DNA of 64,000 bases from assembly GCF_009914755.1 (NCBI RefSeq), contig NC_060932.1; one strand, given 5' to 3'. This stretch comes from the human T2T-CHM13v2.0 reference genome, Homo sapiens. The notes beneath the pieces were generated by a model that was given only the letters and a program-made list of their open reading frames with translations, was not told where the DNA came from and did no database searches. The position numbers and the translations under genes were made by a program. How positions within the stretch are numbered: the first letter of the stretch is position 1; the number at the start of each line of letters is the position of its first letter. Of the stretch, positions 1-19,180 are shown piece after piece.

Positions 1-121
1 TCAGTGCCTTCATGGCACAACATCTTCATTAGATAAACTGGATTCCTTTCCTCAGGAGACCCAATTTGGTCCTCTAAGTAAAACGGCCATTTCATTTTCT
101 CTCAGGTCAATTTCACTGTCT

Positions 122-127
122 TTTATT
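122..127 (-). terminator. Distal polyadenylation signal AATAAA
   Basis: tttatt on + strand, ~2.5 kb past the stop. Confidence 0.8.
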
Positions 128-953
128 TGACAGCTAGCGCAGTCTTTGGGGAAATTTGTGGGTGATTTGAGTAGTAACAGCAAGGACATCACTGTAATTA
201 TGATAGTGCCTTATATTTTTCTAGCACCTCTCCCAAGGACTTATGAAGACTTTTAGATTCTTCATCCCTTCACACAACATTGCTTCAAGGTAGGGCCAAG
301 GCAGAAATTATCATCACTGTTTTACAAGGAAAGACACTCCTGTGCGGTCTCAAAGCAAATGCTTTTAAGAGCTAAAAATTCATTTCCTAGTTCTGTTCAC
401 CAAATGATGCCTTCTTTAAACATAAATACAAATTGTAATGTTAGCAGGTGCTATTTACAGAGAGAAACAAAGAGAATTTTACAATAGTCGCCAACACTGC
501 AGCTGCCAAAAAATCCCTAGCTCAGAAATTTAAAGCAGCAATCCCATTTTCCCTACAGAAATGAAAACATATTGAACTTTCTTTTGTATTTAGCAGTAAT
601 CCAGCAAAATATAAGCTTTAATATAGCGACTGAGGAGTGGTAGTTTGAGCCATGAGGTACGGGGGAGCCAGAATCCACTTAGTGAGGACAGTGATGACCA
701 GCAGGTGGCAGAAGTAAATTCCAAGCAGCCAAAAAACCAAAAACATTCGGAGAATTTTCCCCCCGTTCCTGAGGGACAGGATGGAGTTTGGACAGGAAGA
801 ACTGTAAGAAGCCAAGATCTGCGACAGTCCCAACAAATACAGTCTGGTCACATGGATACAGGAAGGACGATCTGGGGAGGCATACCAACAAGAAACGAAG
901 CCAGGGACCTGAATGCAAAACTAGCCTCAGGTGACATGTTCTCCTGCACTTAG

Positions 954-1310
<357 letters not shown>

Positions 1311-1709
1311 TGCTTTCCTCTTAATCACTGTAGCTCTACCCCGTGGCTATTCCTAGGTAGGTGCCCCCTCCCCAGCCCAACCCCACCGGTTTCCTTGGAG
1401 GAAACCATCCATGGTCGATGGCTGCTGGGCCTTGACTCTCTGCCCAGCGCCTCTACTGCATGGATGGGGTTCCTGCCCTCGAAGCAGACATCTTCTTTTT
1501 CTGACTTTCCAAAAGCAGCGGAGAGGCAGGAGGTGCGTCGTGAGGTCTGGGTGCAGGACCTAGGAAGAAGAGGTTACAAGGAACCTGCGCCGGGAGCATG
1601 CGGTGCCCTCGGGACAGACCTAGCCCCAGGGCCCGTGGGTGTCCCTTCTTTCCAGTGGACATTCCCACCCTTTTCATACAGCCCATAGATAAATGAAGCA
1701 GCAGCAATT

Positions 1710-1715
1710 TTTATT
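1710..1715 (-). terminator. Proximal polyadenylation signal AATAAA
   Basis: tttatt on +, preceded on the mRNA by a U-rich stretch (1741-1790), ~0.88 kb past the stop. Confidence 0.75.
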
Positions 1716-2551
1716 GAGGGACCTAAACTGAAAATAGGTTTAGAACATAATTTAAAAAAATAAAACAGCAAAAGTAGCAAAAAATATATGACCTTTTTAA
1801 AAACATTTTCCTTTTTTTTCTTTTTTGTTTTTAATATATAGCAACTGATGCCTCCCAGCCACCAGGAGCATCTTACCCGATGGGTAAATCTCTGGTAACG
1901 ACCCTTTTAAAAAGACATGTAAATATATACTCAGATTTATACACTTTGTGTTTTCTTCATAGCTATATACAGAGCCCCCAGTTTGGGGCTGGGCCCCAGG
2001 GCCACAACACTGCCCCCAACCTGGCCTTCGCCTCACCATCCTCTGGTACCAGGCATTTGGTCAGCAAAGCAAACTAGTATCGGAATTAATAAGCCACTGG
2101 CACCACCTATCTGGGGCAGAGGTCACCTTCAATCGAGGCACGAAGCACTGACCTCCCTACTGCTGTAGCCCTGAGGACAAGGCACCTGCCACCAGAGTGC
2201 GAGGGGCTTATGGGTGAAGGCAAAACAGACCAAACCGACAGGAGAAAGCTCAGGAAGCTCTCACTTGCATGCCTGTTCATTGGCTCCCACTCCCTGCCCT
2301 CCAGGCAGTGCCTGGTGGCAGGGAGGGGTGTTGGTCCAACATCTGGGAGGGGATGAAGTGGCTGGCAGCAAAGATCTGCCTCTTTGCACCTCTCACCAGC
2401 AGGTGGAGAGGAGGTGGAGGGAGAGGTGAGCTGAGTGGGGTGAAGGCAGGCCACACAGGAAGGCCCCTGGTAGGCAGCCGGCTCCTGCCAGCAGGAAAGG
2501 GGACAGGGACGGACAGGTGGTGGGCCCAGCAGGGGCTGTGGGTGAGGGTTA

Positions 2552-3085
<534 letters not shown>

Positions 3086-3114
3086 TCAGGGCCTCCGACA
3101 TCTCCTCGGGCTTA

Positions 3115-3471
<357 letters not shown>

Positions 3472-3521
3472 CTAGAAGCTCTCTATCCCACACCTCCCTG
3501 GCAATTGCTATTACAAACTCA

Positions 3522-3943
<422 letters not shown>

Positions 3944-4236
3944 CTAGCCGACTTGTCTCATAGAACTTCTGCCACACTGCTCTGCCCCCCGAACCTTTGC
4001 TTTCCCTCTTCTAACATTCTCTGCCAGCTCCAGGCTTCTCATCACAGCAAGCGCTCCTCCCTTCCTTCCCCAAAGACTGGCCCCTTATGCCTCTGCTGCG
4101 TCTGCAGCGATGCATGCTCCTAGGTCCTGCCTCCCAGCACAGCAAGTCCACATGGGGCTGGGCTCAAACCAGGCCAGCCCTTACACACCAAACACTGCAC
4201 TCAACACTCACAGACAGTTTCATTTTATCTTCATAA

Positions 4237-4533
<297 letters not shown>

Positions 4534-4779
4534 TGATATTATTATTATTTTGTATTTGAAGAATTTTAAGATGCTAAGTAGCTGCCTGAGGCTACGCAGA
4601 AAGTGGCAGTGCACAGATCGGACCCTGCATCAGTCTGACCCCAAGGCCACCTGGCTACACTGGTGCTCCTGACTCTGCAGTTCCCAGAGAGCCTAAGACA
4701 ACACACAGGGCACACAGGGCCAGTGCTCAGTGCATCCACAACGCCACCACAAGATGATAAGTCACAGGCTGGAAGACTA

Positions 4780-5079
<300 letters not shown>

Positions 5080-5210
5080 TCACCTCAAAGAAACCCCACC
5101 CCCAGCAGCACACCCCGGCCAACCTCCCATCTCCTGCCTCCTCTTAGGGGACCTGGGAAATCCATTCTACTACCCAAAAAAAATCAGAGAAATAATTACT
5201 CCCAGCATAG

Positions 5211-6018
<808 letters not shown>

Positions 6019-6222
6019 GAGCGCTCTTAGACCATAATTACTCAGCTGCCTCTGTTAACACACCACGTGTGTGAATCTAGGTATCTGTATTCCTGAATGA
6101 ACACCAATGAGCGGAGCCCAGATCCCGAGATAACACATTTTAAACCTCTGCCAAAGCAGCCTCTCTTAACCCCCTTCCCTAGCTGTGGCTGAGAGAGGCC
6201 TTGGGACTGATACCCCAGCTCA

Positions 6223-6405
<183 letters not shown>

Positions 6406-6833
6406 TTACTTGGGAAGGGAGGAGGGCAGGATAAAGGCTAAGGGAGTGGGGTATGTGTCGAGGGGCTGCTTTTCCCTGGGACTTGATTCTCTCCTCCCCA
6501 CTTCATCCAAACTTGTTTTCTCTTCCCTCTCATGGGAGCCGTTGTTGCAATAGGTGGTAGTGAGTGGGCAGGGATGTGGTGAGGAAAGCCTGCAAGCGAT
6601 GGATCCAGGATAAACACCTGACCACAGCCCAGGTTGACGCCAAGGAACAGAGTGACGTCATAGAACAATCTCAAGGTGCAGAACACCCCCTCCACTCCCA
6701 GGTAACCCCAAGCAGGCAGCGGAGCAGGTGTGGGCAGCAAAGGCACCAGAGAAGCTGTTCTGCTGGGCCCGAGGCCTGCTGTTTGCTTGGAATGGGACAA
6801 GATTTTCTTTGCAAGGACAGAAGCATCACTTAC

Positions 6834-6955
6834 ACTTCAACATCTTCACAGCCACTTTGGTCACACGGTTGGGTTTGTCCTTGTCCAGCCCGATAGCCTC
6901 TGCCAACACCACCTGCCCAAAGCAGCCCTCTCCCAGGGGTTTGCCTAAGACCAGT
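6834..6955 (-). CDS. FGFR1: FGFR1 exon 11 (P-loop, VAVK)
   Basis: [22 protein letters not shown]...VAVKMLK; 122 nt. Confidence 0.98.
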
Positions 6956-7190
6956 CTTTCGGGGGAAACAGAGAGTGGCATAAGTTGGGGCTGGTGAAGT
7001 TCAAACCTTGAGAGGCACCCCATCTCCACCTCTCTGTATTTCACCCAACTGCGAGCAGAAAGTGGAATGAATGTTTCTGCAGGCATTTCATGAACCTTCA
7101 CCGCCCAGAAGGTGTTAGTATACACACCTTCCACCACTAGAATAGCAAGCAAGGAATGCCTTCAAAAAGTTGGGAGTCAAAGTATTATTA

Positions 7191-7355
<165 letters not shown>

Positions 7356-7811
7356 TCACCCTAGAGCAAGGAGGGGGGACGGGGTGACTCCTTCCCATTC
7401 TTAGTCAGGGCTTCCCAACAATGGCAGAGGCACATGTCTGTGTATCTGATGTTCTTTCCTCAACACAGAGTGGTCCAAAGACCATGGTAGGCCAGGAGGC
7501 CCAACTTCTAGGACTGACCTATTTCTGCCACAAGCTGGCCTTTCTGGACTTCACTCACCTTTAAAATAAGCAGACCAAATGCACCTCTTCCAGCTTGACA
7601 TTTTATAACTGATCATTGCAGTAACAACTCTGTTCTCCTGACTCTTTGCAAATACTTTGCCTTAGCTTATGGATTCCTAACTCCCAAAGCACCTTCCAGA
7701 ATGAGCACAGGCTTCTGAGGGAACGGTCATTCTTGCACACACCTGTGCCATCTGTACCATTTCCTCCCGTGGGGAAGGGTGGGCACACAGGGGACAAGGG
7801 TATGGTATGGC

Positions 7812-8150
7812 TGAGATGGTTTGGCTGTGTCCCCACCCAAATCTCATCTTGAATTCCCACGTGTTATGGGAGGGACCTGGTAGGAGGTCATTGACTCATG
7901 GGGGCAGGTCTTCCCTGTGCTGTTCTTGTGATAGTGAATAAATCTCACGAGATCTGATGATTTTATAAAGGGGAGTTTCCCTGTACAAGCTCTCTTCTCG
8001 TCTGCCGCCATGTGAGACGTGCCTTTTGCCTTCTGCAATTGTGAGGCCTCCCCAGCCACGTGGAACTGTGAGTCCATTAAACCTCTTTCTTTTGTAAATT
8101 GCCCGGTCTTGGGTATGTCTTTCTCAGCAGTGTGAAAATGGACTAATACA
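7812..8150 (+). mobile_element. THE1-family (MaLR) solo LTR in intron 9
   Basis: Starts TGAGATGGTTTGGCTGTGTCCCCACCCAAATCTCATC, ends GGACTAATACA; internal TATAAA and ATTAAA. Confidence 0.9.
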
Positions 8151-8418
8151 AACAGTTCTCTTCTCTACCCTGCATCTCTGCACTTCTAAGCAGCCCTTGG
8201 GGACAGTTCAAATTCATGCTATTGGCTGCACATTCTGTCCAAATAGGACTTCCTCCCAATCCATGTCCCAGGAGTCCGGAGGACTTGCAGTGTGATATGG
8301 AGGGTGCAGGAAATTCACGGGCTACACTAGCTTGAAACAGACTCTAGAGCACTTAGTTCATGATATTCCACTGTGCCTTGCCCAGAAGCCAGAAAATAAG
8401 GCCCAAAGCTATAAATTA

Positions 8419-8721
<303 letters not shown>

Positions 8722-10614
8722 TTAGCAGGCTTGGAGGGCCCCGTCCATGCGAGGTCCCGCTCCATTAGAAAAGCAACACCTGTCTCCTGTCCCCTGGGAA
8801 CTTTTAGGGAGAAGAACCATGGCAAGTTCTAGCTAGGACTGGGATTGTGGCACTAGGAGGATCAGGCAACCCCCTGATTTTGGAGGCTGCCTTCAATGGA
8901 CTTGAGCCATGGAAAAGGGATGGCCTAGAACCATCGTGCTACACAAGCCCCATCTTCATTAATTCCTGAGCCTCCTTGCTCAGCTGGACTGGAGAGGTAC
9001 AGGCACCCAGGGATCCTGCAAGGGCCAGCTGAGAAGTCACTTCTATGTGCCTTTCTTGGTCTCCTCAGGGAGCCATGGCCCTTCTCTGCAAAGCCTCAGC
9101 ACTGTGTGCATGCACTTAACATGCGGGGACACAGATGTTTCTGAGTCCTCTGTCCCTAAGAAGACACGGGGTCCCTGAGGGCAGGGTTGGTGCCTCGTTT
9201 ATTTCTGCAGGCCACAGTACCTGGTGATGGTGGCACTCACAGAATGAGGACAGAGGACAGGAGGGGAACCAGCCTGTGCCTTGCTCAATGTCCCACTTTG
9301 GGTCTGTGTCATCTCTGTAGGGGCACACAGGTAAATATTTATTCCTAGCCAAACCACAGGCAAAGCTGACTTAATTTCCAAAAATAAGCTTTTTTGGTAG
9401 TTCTTTCAAATTCTACTCATAGGCCCCAACTCCTAAAACTTAAGGAAATGTGGCGGCAGGGGGCGGAGTTCCATTTTGTTATTCTCTTCTCCCACCTTCT
9501 GATTAGGACTCACCCCCCACCCCATTGCCACAGCAGCTAAGCCAGTTCGGTCCACCTTTCCCTTCAGCACGAGAGGCTGGGAGGCTTTCATCCCAGCACG
9601 CACAGCACTGGTTTCATGGAACACGCTTTGCCCCACGGGTGTGGACGGCCCTCCTCCTTCCACAGGCCTCCTCCCAACCTTCCCCTTTAAAACCCACCAG
9701 CCAACCATGGAGGCGGCGCCCCTGGGAACCTTCCCAGAGAGGCATGAGGCATGAGGCACGACCCTAGACTGAGCCCAGAGAACGTCCCAAGGCCTGACAA
9801 GGAGACAGCAGAGCTGATGACAGGGAGAAGTGTTGCTGTTTTTTCTTTCCCTGATGTTGAGGAACGAAGACAACTGATTGGGAGCACATGGGGAGCACGG
9901 ACAGGACCAAGACAGGGACGATGATAAAAACAGAACGCTTCTCTGCCTCCAGCAGGGGCATCCGGAGACCCTGACGGGCAAGCAGGGCAGAGTGGGAAAG
10001 GAGGGGAGAGAGAAGAGGGCAGTGCCAGCAGGAACAGCCAGACCCACATGCAGGACATTCCGAGAGACAGCAGCAAGCCCTGGCCCCGCAGTCACCAGCC
10101 ACCACCCTGAGCAGGCTGCAGGCTCCTTCCTCCCTGGCTCAACACGCAGACCTCCCCTCTTGGGAGAGGAGAGACGGCAGCAGGCAAACAGGATACATGG
10201 ACATCGTGAAGCCTGCTGCGGCTGCCTGAGACAGGCCTTTCTGAAGGCAACTCAGTTCACCTGTCCAGGCTGACCTCCTTCTTCAAAGGCAATAGGATGG
10301 CAGTACAGGAGGGTGGGCTGCTCTTTGCAAGCAGCAAGCCCCACCCCTGGGCTGAGCACTTGAGAAGGGAGAAGAGGTGTAGGGCCCTATCTGAGACTTT
10401 TCAGATGCTCAGTACCCAGCGGAGGGGGGAGGCTGCTGGACCCAAGGACGGAAGGAGCCTGCCCTGGAGGAGTCGGGCTGCAGGGTAAACCCAGATCCCG
10501 GGCATGCATTGCAATGGCCAGGGGGAGAGCAGAGGCAGGTGTACGGGTGGGAGGCCTCCGTGCGCCTGCAAAACTAGGGAAGCTCTTCTCTGAGCTGAGA
10601 GGATTCAGCCCTCA

Positions 10615-10905
<291 letters not shown>

Positions 10906-11088
10906 CTAGAAGAGACAACGGAAGCAAAATGGACAAGCACAGGACATGAGACCTCTAAGAGACGCAGAGCAAGGGAAGGAGACAGAAAGAAGGGGGACTA
11001 GAGGAAGAAATGCTCCCTGACATCTTCTTTGCAACAAGGAACAAACGAAAACCACCAGGCAGCAAAACCTGTTAGAGGAAGAGGGTGA

Positions 11089-11666
<578 letters not shown>

Positions 11667-11988
11667 ATGGCCCCTTCTCTTAATCACCACTCACTCACAA
11701 CTTCAGTCTGAAGTACCATTTGTAACACAGCAAAACCGTGTCCCCGTGAGTCCTCACATGGATCCACACAAAGCCAAGGAACACACAGAAGGCAGAGAGG
11801 GAACCCACAGACACCAACACAATACCAAACCAAACCAGCCTCCCAGGCCGGGTATTTTTCCATGGCTCTGGGCACTAGAAATACAGTAGGGTGGCAAGGA
11901 CAGTCCAGTACTGGCTTCCCCGCCTGCCCCAGCAGCTTGGGGCCTACATCAAATCCCCAGCACAGGGTCCCATCCATCTCCCCATTAC

Positions 11989-12139
11989 CTTTTGCCACAG
12001 GTCTGGTGACAGTGAGCCACGCAGACTGGTTAGCTTCACCAATATAATTGGAAACCTTACACACATACTCCCCGCTCTGGGCCTCTGTCACATTGAACAG
12101 GGTCAGCACCTCCGCATCCGAGCTATTAATCCCCGAATG
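11989..12139 (-). CDS. FGFR1: FGFR1 exon IIIb (mutually exclusive)
   Basis: HSGINSSDAEVLTLFNVTEAQSGEYVCKVSNYIGEANQSAWLTVTRPVAK; 151 nt; same phases as IIIc. Confidence 0.97.
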
Positions 12140-12276
12140 CTGGAACAAACCAACGACACACCAGTCAGTTGGGCAAAGCTGAGATGTGGCCACGCACGTT
12201 GCTCCCGTGTAACTTTCAGGCAGGCCCAGGGAGCGAAGGGAGATGTTAAGTGAGATTTATTACCTTTCCCTTTTAG

Positions 12277-12568
<292 letters not shown>

Positions 12569-13232
12569 TTCTTTCCCTTTTACAAGTACAGAACAAGTGG
12601 ACTTCAAAAGTCCAAAGCATTTGATTAAAAAAAAAAAAAAAAAAAAAGAATCACTGCTTCAAATGGAATGTTCTATTTGTGTTTAACCCACTCCCTCCAG
12701 GACTGGAGCAGGGGTTGTGAGTGGAGACAGTGGCCAATGACCTACAGAGCAGTTTTAGCACCAGCAGCAAAGAGAAGAGAAGGGAGGGCCAGTATATCTC
12801 TGAGACAGCTAAGCTAGGGGAGGATGAGGTCTAACTCTGGGACAAAGAGGTAAACAACTTTCCCAGCTTCTGGTTCCTTCCTGTTGCGAGATCCACTGGA
12901 GATTTAGGCAATTACCTTCCCTGGATTAATGGAGCATTCAGGGACAATGAATGTCTGGGAGTGAGAGGAAAAAGGAAGAAAATGCCATTACTCCTCGTCC
13001 TCATATGGCTTAGAATTTATATATGGCATTTGTTTTTCCAACTCTTCGTAAGAGATGCTCTTATCATGCACCCCATTTGCCAGAAAGATCGTACGTAACT
13101 CAGGACACAGGGCTAAGACTGGGAAACGCTTGGTGGAAAGGCTCTGGTTTCGGGCAATGAAAAGGCAGGGGTCCAAATGCCTTCCTTGTGTAGCTGACCC
13201 CAAAGCCCCAGTGACGTTGCTCTCAAAGCTTA

Positions 13233-13472
13233 TTACAGACCAGCACCACCCATCCCTGCAGCCCTCTGTTCCCAGCTCACCTCCACTTTGTGACCTCTGT
13301 TACTAGTCCTGGGGGATGTGGCTAGATCCCTACTGAGATGGAGTGTGTGTGCCTGAAGCGTGAGGAATGATCCCATTCGGGGGCAACTGAGCCTGCCCAC
13401 AGGAACTTGAGCCCCCGAGACAGTGGTCTCCTTCCCAGTAGACTGGCCCACGAAGACTGGTGCCATGATTAC
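13233..13472 (-). CDS. FGFR1: Intron-7 read-through tail of secreted FGFR1-IIIa isoform (79 aa)
   Basis: Frame stays open past the exon 7 donor: [20 protein letters not shown]...GMGGAGL*; matches recalled soluble isoform. Confidence 0.8.
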   Translation of the reverse strand, partial: VIMAPVFVGQSTGKETTVSGAQVPVGRLSCPRMGSFLTLQAHTLHLSRDLATSPRTSNRGHKVEVSWEQRAAGMGGAGL

Positions 13473-13663
13473 CTTCAAGATCTGGACATAAGGCAGGTTG
13501 TCTGGGCCAATCTTGCTCCCATTCACCTCGATGTGCTTTAGCCACTGGATGTGCGGCTGCGGGTCACTGTACACCTTACACATGAACTCCACGTTGCTAC
13601 CCAGGGCCACTGTTTTGTTGGCGGGCAACCCTGCTTGCAGGATGGGCCGGTGAGGGGACCGCT
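13473..13663 (-). CDS. FGFR1: FGFR1 exon 7 (IgII-III linker, IIIa)
   Basis: [18 protein letters not shown]...[10 protein letters not shown]; 191 nt. Confidence 0.98.
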
Positions 13664-13994
13664 CTGTGGAAGATGGGAGAGGAGGCACTTGTCATGGGGA
13701 CCTTGCCATGGCTAAAGAGGGGTGGGCTCACCTGCGCCCCACTTGGCTTTCCCAGTGATGGGTTGTAAACCTCCCAGCACTTCTGCTGAGCCCAAGCCTC
13801 TCAAAACAGAGCTGGGGAAAGGGACACCCTCTCTTCAGGCCCTAAGCCATCAGGATCCTCCTCCCCAAGGCAGTCATCATATTTACAGTCACAGTAAGTC
13901 GCTCATGCTTTAATGGAGAACCTTCTAATTCAGTTGCACCCCCAGACCTCAGCACAACCTGCTCCTCCTTAAAAAACCAGAGTCACTTTGACTC

Positions 13995-14400
13995 CTGCTA
14001 TTCAAAGTGTGGTCCACGAGCAGTGCTACCAGCATCCCCTAGGAGCTTGTTAGAAACGCGGAATCTCAGATCTTACCCCAACCTCTTGGATCAGAATCTC
14101 CTTTTTACCTTTTTTTTTTTTAAAGGCAGGGTCTCACTCTGTCACCCATGCTGGAGCACAAGGGTGTCATCATAGCTCACTGCAGCTTCGAATTCCTGGG
14201 CTCAAGTGATCTTCCCACCTCAGTAGCCTCAGTTAACTCAGCTGGTACTACAAGTACATGACACTGCACTAGGCTAATTTTTAAATTTTTTTATAGAGAC
14301 AGGGTCTCACTGTGTTGCCCAGGCTGGTCTCACACTCCTGGCCTCAAGCAATCCTCCAGCCTTGGCCTCCTAAAGTGATGGGATCACAGGCGTGAGTAAT
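13995..14400. mobile_element. MER5A-like fragment (13995-14100) followed by Alu (14103-14400, -)
   Basis: caaagtgtggtcc...gagcttgttagaaa..gaatctcag MER5 signature; Alu motifs. Confidence 0.75.
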
Positions 14401-15002
14401 CCCATCATGCCACCTGGAGCTCATAAGCCACTGCTCCTGGCCACAATCTCCTTCTTAGACCATATCATCATAATCAAGAAGAACACTGGCTGAGAGATTC
14501 TGTACCCAATGATCTCTAGGGAGTGAGTTTCAGAACTCCTAGAAGGAAAAGGTTGCGGTAATAGCTCCAAGAGGCTCAATGTTCTTCCCAGAGTCTCCTG
14601 TGATGCCCTGAAGTTGGCACAGGTGTGCAGTTCTGCATTAGCAAGGTGTCTGACCTCTCTGAGCCTATGCGCCTGTGCTCCTGTGCAGGGCTAGACTAAT
14701 ACTGCCCACCTTGCAGGTGTGCCATGAGCATTACAGGGCAGGTATTTAAGGAGCCTGGCATCTTGCTAGCATTAAGCGACAGCTCCTATTACGCTACATT
14801 TAACACCTCTCCAACAACGCCTCCTTCAGGACAGACTCTGAACAGCACCTTCAATTTCACAGTGACAACCAGCTTTGACCGTGTTACTGTCTGATCTTAA
14901 CTCTATTTTACAGATAAGAAAAGTGAGGCTCAAAAGGGAGAAGTGACCTGCTCAAGGTGACAAAGCCAAGAAGTGCCAATCGCTATCCTGACTCTGCCCC
15001 TA

Positions 15003-15302
<300 letters not shown>

Positions 15303-15784
15303 TCAGAGCCTGGTGGCACAGGGCCCCAGGCTGCAGGGTTGGCTAGGACAAGGCGTGGATTGCCCCCCTACCAGCCCGTTCACACTCTGCAAGCTGGCAG
15401 ATGGGGTGTAAAGACTCCAGAAGTCTCCACTGTGACGTTCAAGATCATTCGTGATCCGGACAGATGTGCCTTCTGCAAACACTCCCAAATACACCAAGAA
15501 TGTTCCCAACTGTGCACCTCTCCTATTACACTAAGAATCCAGCCCCCACTGTCCTTGACAGCTCATTTCAAAAACCATCTCCTCCAGTCCAGTCTCTGGT
15601 CAGAACTGTGCTCACCCTTTCCTCTCTGCCTACCAAAGCACTGATCACAGTCTACTTTTTACGGTAGCTGCTCATGGACATTTGCCTCCTATCAGACTGC
15701 AAAATTTTTATGGGCAGGAACGCTATCTTGCAGCATTTAAAGCATGGTGTCTTGCATGTAGTGAGTGCATGGTGAATTAATTTA

Positions 15785-16562
<778 letters not shown>

Positions 16563-16860
16563 TAATGGAATCTTATACAGTCATGAAAAATTATGTTTCA
16601 AATATTCATGCTTGAAATATATCAGGAAAAGACTCATGTTAACAAATGACAAGGCAAGGAAATTACATACATGATGTGATCAACTATGTAAAAACCATAT
16701 TACAGAAAGAAGACTGAAGAAATGTTTAAACTTTATTTGCATTTTTTTGTATTTAAAAATTTTAATGAATAACCTGTATAGGTGGAAAGTATTACTTAAA
16801 AAAATGAAAAGCATGTAATCAGGACTTCCTAACTCGGCCTCCCCTGTTCCCATTACTCTA

Positions 16861-17256
<396 letters not shown>

Positions 17257-17259
17257 TTA

Positions 17260-17442
<183 letters not shown>

Positions 17443-18210
17443 CTAGATTTCACCAAGGCTAGTGCAGTTCCAGATGAACACGGACACCCTCCCCATGGGG
17501 ATCCCAGTCCCACTGCTCCCTTAGTGATGATCTCTTGGTGGGATGGAAACTGTTTAAGAACAGTTCCTGTGCGTGTTTGCTTCCTTCCCCGAAGCACTGC
17601 CCCCACTGCCTGGAAGCCTTCACACTGGGTGGTTCCATCAGGGTCAGCTGTTCCTATTTAACTTAATTCCGTCCTACATTCAAAGGCGCTTTCTCAACTT
17701 GTGGTGCCACCTGGGTGTGCTGGAGCCAGGCAACCTGTATTCTTCTTTGGACGGCTGACTATAGGGAAACCCAGGCAGGTCTAGACACACTGTGGCTAGA
17801 TGCTATTTCCAAAGGATGGGCTAAACACCCCACAGTCAGAATTTTTCTAGCATGTGTCTACTAAGGTTTGGGGGCTGCCCTCCTTAATCAGAGCAGATAG
17901 GGCACCCACCACCCCAGCAGCTGCCAACACCTCTCCCCAATAAGTATTTATTTCTTGTAAGAACACGCTTGATACACATGTGGTCACCCATCAGGGTTCA
18001 TGCCAGATCTTTCTCCAGTCCTTCCTATCACCTTTGGGGATCTGCTGCCAAGTCCACACCCTGAGGTGCATAAATGGCATAAAGAAAATTTCAGCTCCAC
18101 TTCCTCAACTCCTAGTTTTGTGAAAGTCACATTCTAAGAGTGGCAAGTTCCCAAGTTCACAGAGCTCCAGGGCTCCCTGGCTGCCCTCGCACAGCTCCCT
18201 TGCGGTGCAC

Positions 18211-18354
18211 CTGGGTTCCTCTCCAGCAGAGCAGGGATACCACCACCTGTTCAGGGCCTCTAATCACTAAGCCGAGTACCAAGTCCAAATGGCAAGGGAG
18301 TGATGGAGTGGAAGCTGGCCGAGCACCACTTAGCCTCCTGGAGATCTGGGCAAG
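18211..18354 (-). other. FGFR1: Alternative 144-nt stop-containing ('gamma') cassette exon
   Basis: tttttttccaccacag acceptor, CAG/GTGCAC donor; in frame ACPDLQEAKWCSASFHSITPLPFGLGTRLSD*; resembles a recalled truncated isoform. Confidence 0.75.
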
Positions 18355-18640
18355 CTGTGGTGGAAAAAAATCACAGGGTCTTAACATCCCAAGAGCCCTG
18401 GCAATCACCTCCGAGGTGTGTCCTGGAAGCCCCAGATCTCCGGCCCTGGGGCCCACCCCACCTAGTCACCTCTCTGAGAGCCAAGCCACGCGGCAGGCAG
18501 GGAGCAATGTTAGTGGGCAGCAGTTTCTGAAGCAGAGTGGGGGCAGATCACGGAGGGGGAGGAGGTTCACCTTCCTCTGAAACTGGCAGAGAGGGCTGGA
18601 GGGGGTGGGTCTAGGGAGGGGCAAGGGCAGGGCTTGGCTA

Positions 18641-18997
<357 letters not shown>

Positions 18998-19142
18998 TTA
19001 CGCTGGCCACACGGAGCCGCACCATCCTGGGCATCACTTACTGGAGGCTACTGAGCCAGGGCAGTGGGAATTGGAGCATGGGTCAGTGGGGAAAACAGCT
19101 GGCTGCCTGGGAACCCCCATCTCTTTTCCACCCCACTCCTCC

Positions 19143-19180
19143 AAAAGTCAAAGGAAGAAAGAGGCAAAGTTAGGAAGCAG
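19143..19180 (-). promoter_or_regulatory. Pyrimidine-rich PTB-type intronic splicing silencer upstream of the alpha exon (ISS-1-like)
   Basis: mRNA-sense CUGCUUCCUAACUUUGCCUCUUUCUUCCUUUGACUUUU ~240 nt upstream of exon 3; position fits recalled ISS-1. Confidence 0.55.

Noticed and set aside
6653-6660. Perfect CRE palindrome TGACGTCA (also 26455-26462)
   Set aside because: Isolated 8-mers are expected about once per 64 kb; no supporting context
9433-10273. Stacked 113-220 aa ORFs between IIIc and exon 9
   Set aside because: Strand-biased purine/pyrimidine sequence, no domain similarity, no clear exon boundaries
18599-18635. G-quadruplex-like run beside the alpha-exon donor
   Set aside because: G-tracts are on the template strand, not in the pre-mRNA; such motifs are common here
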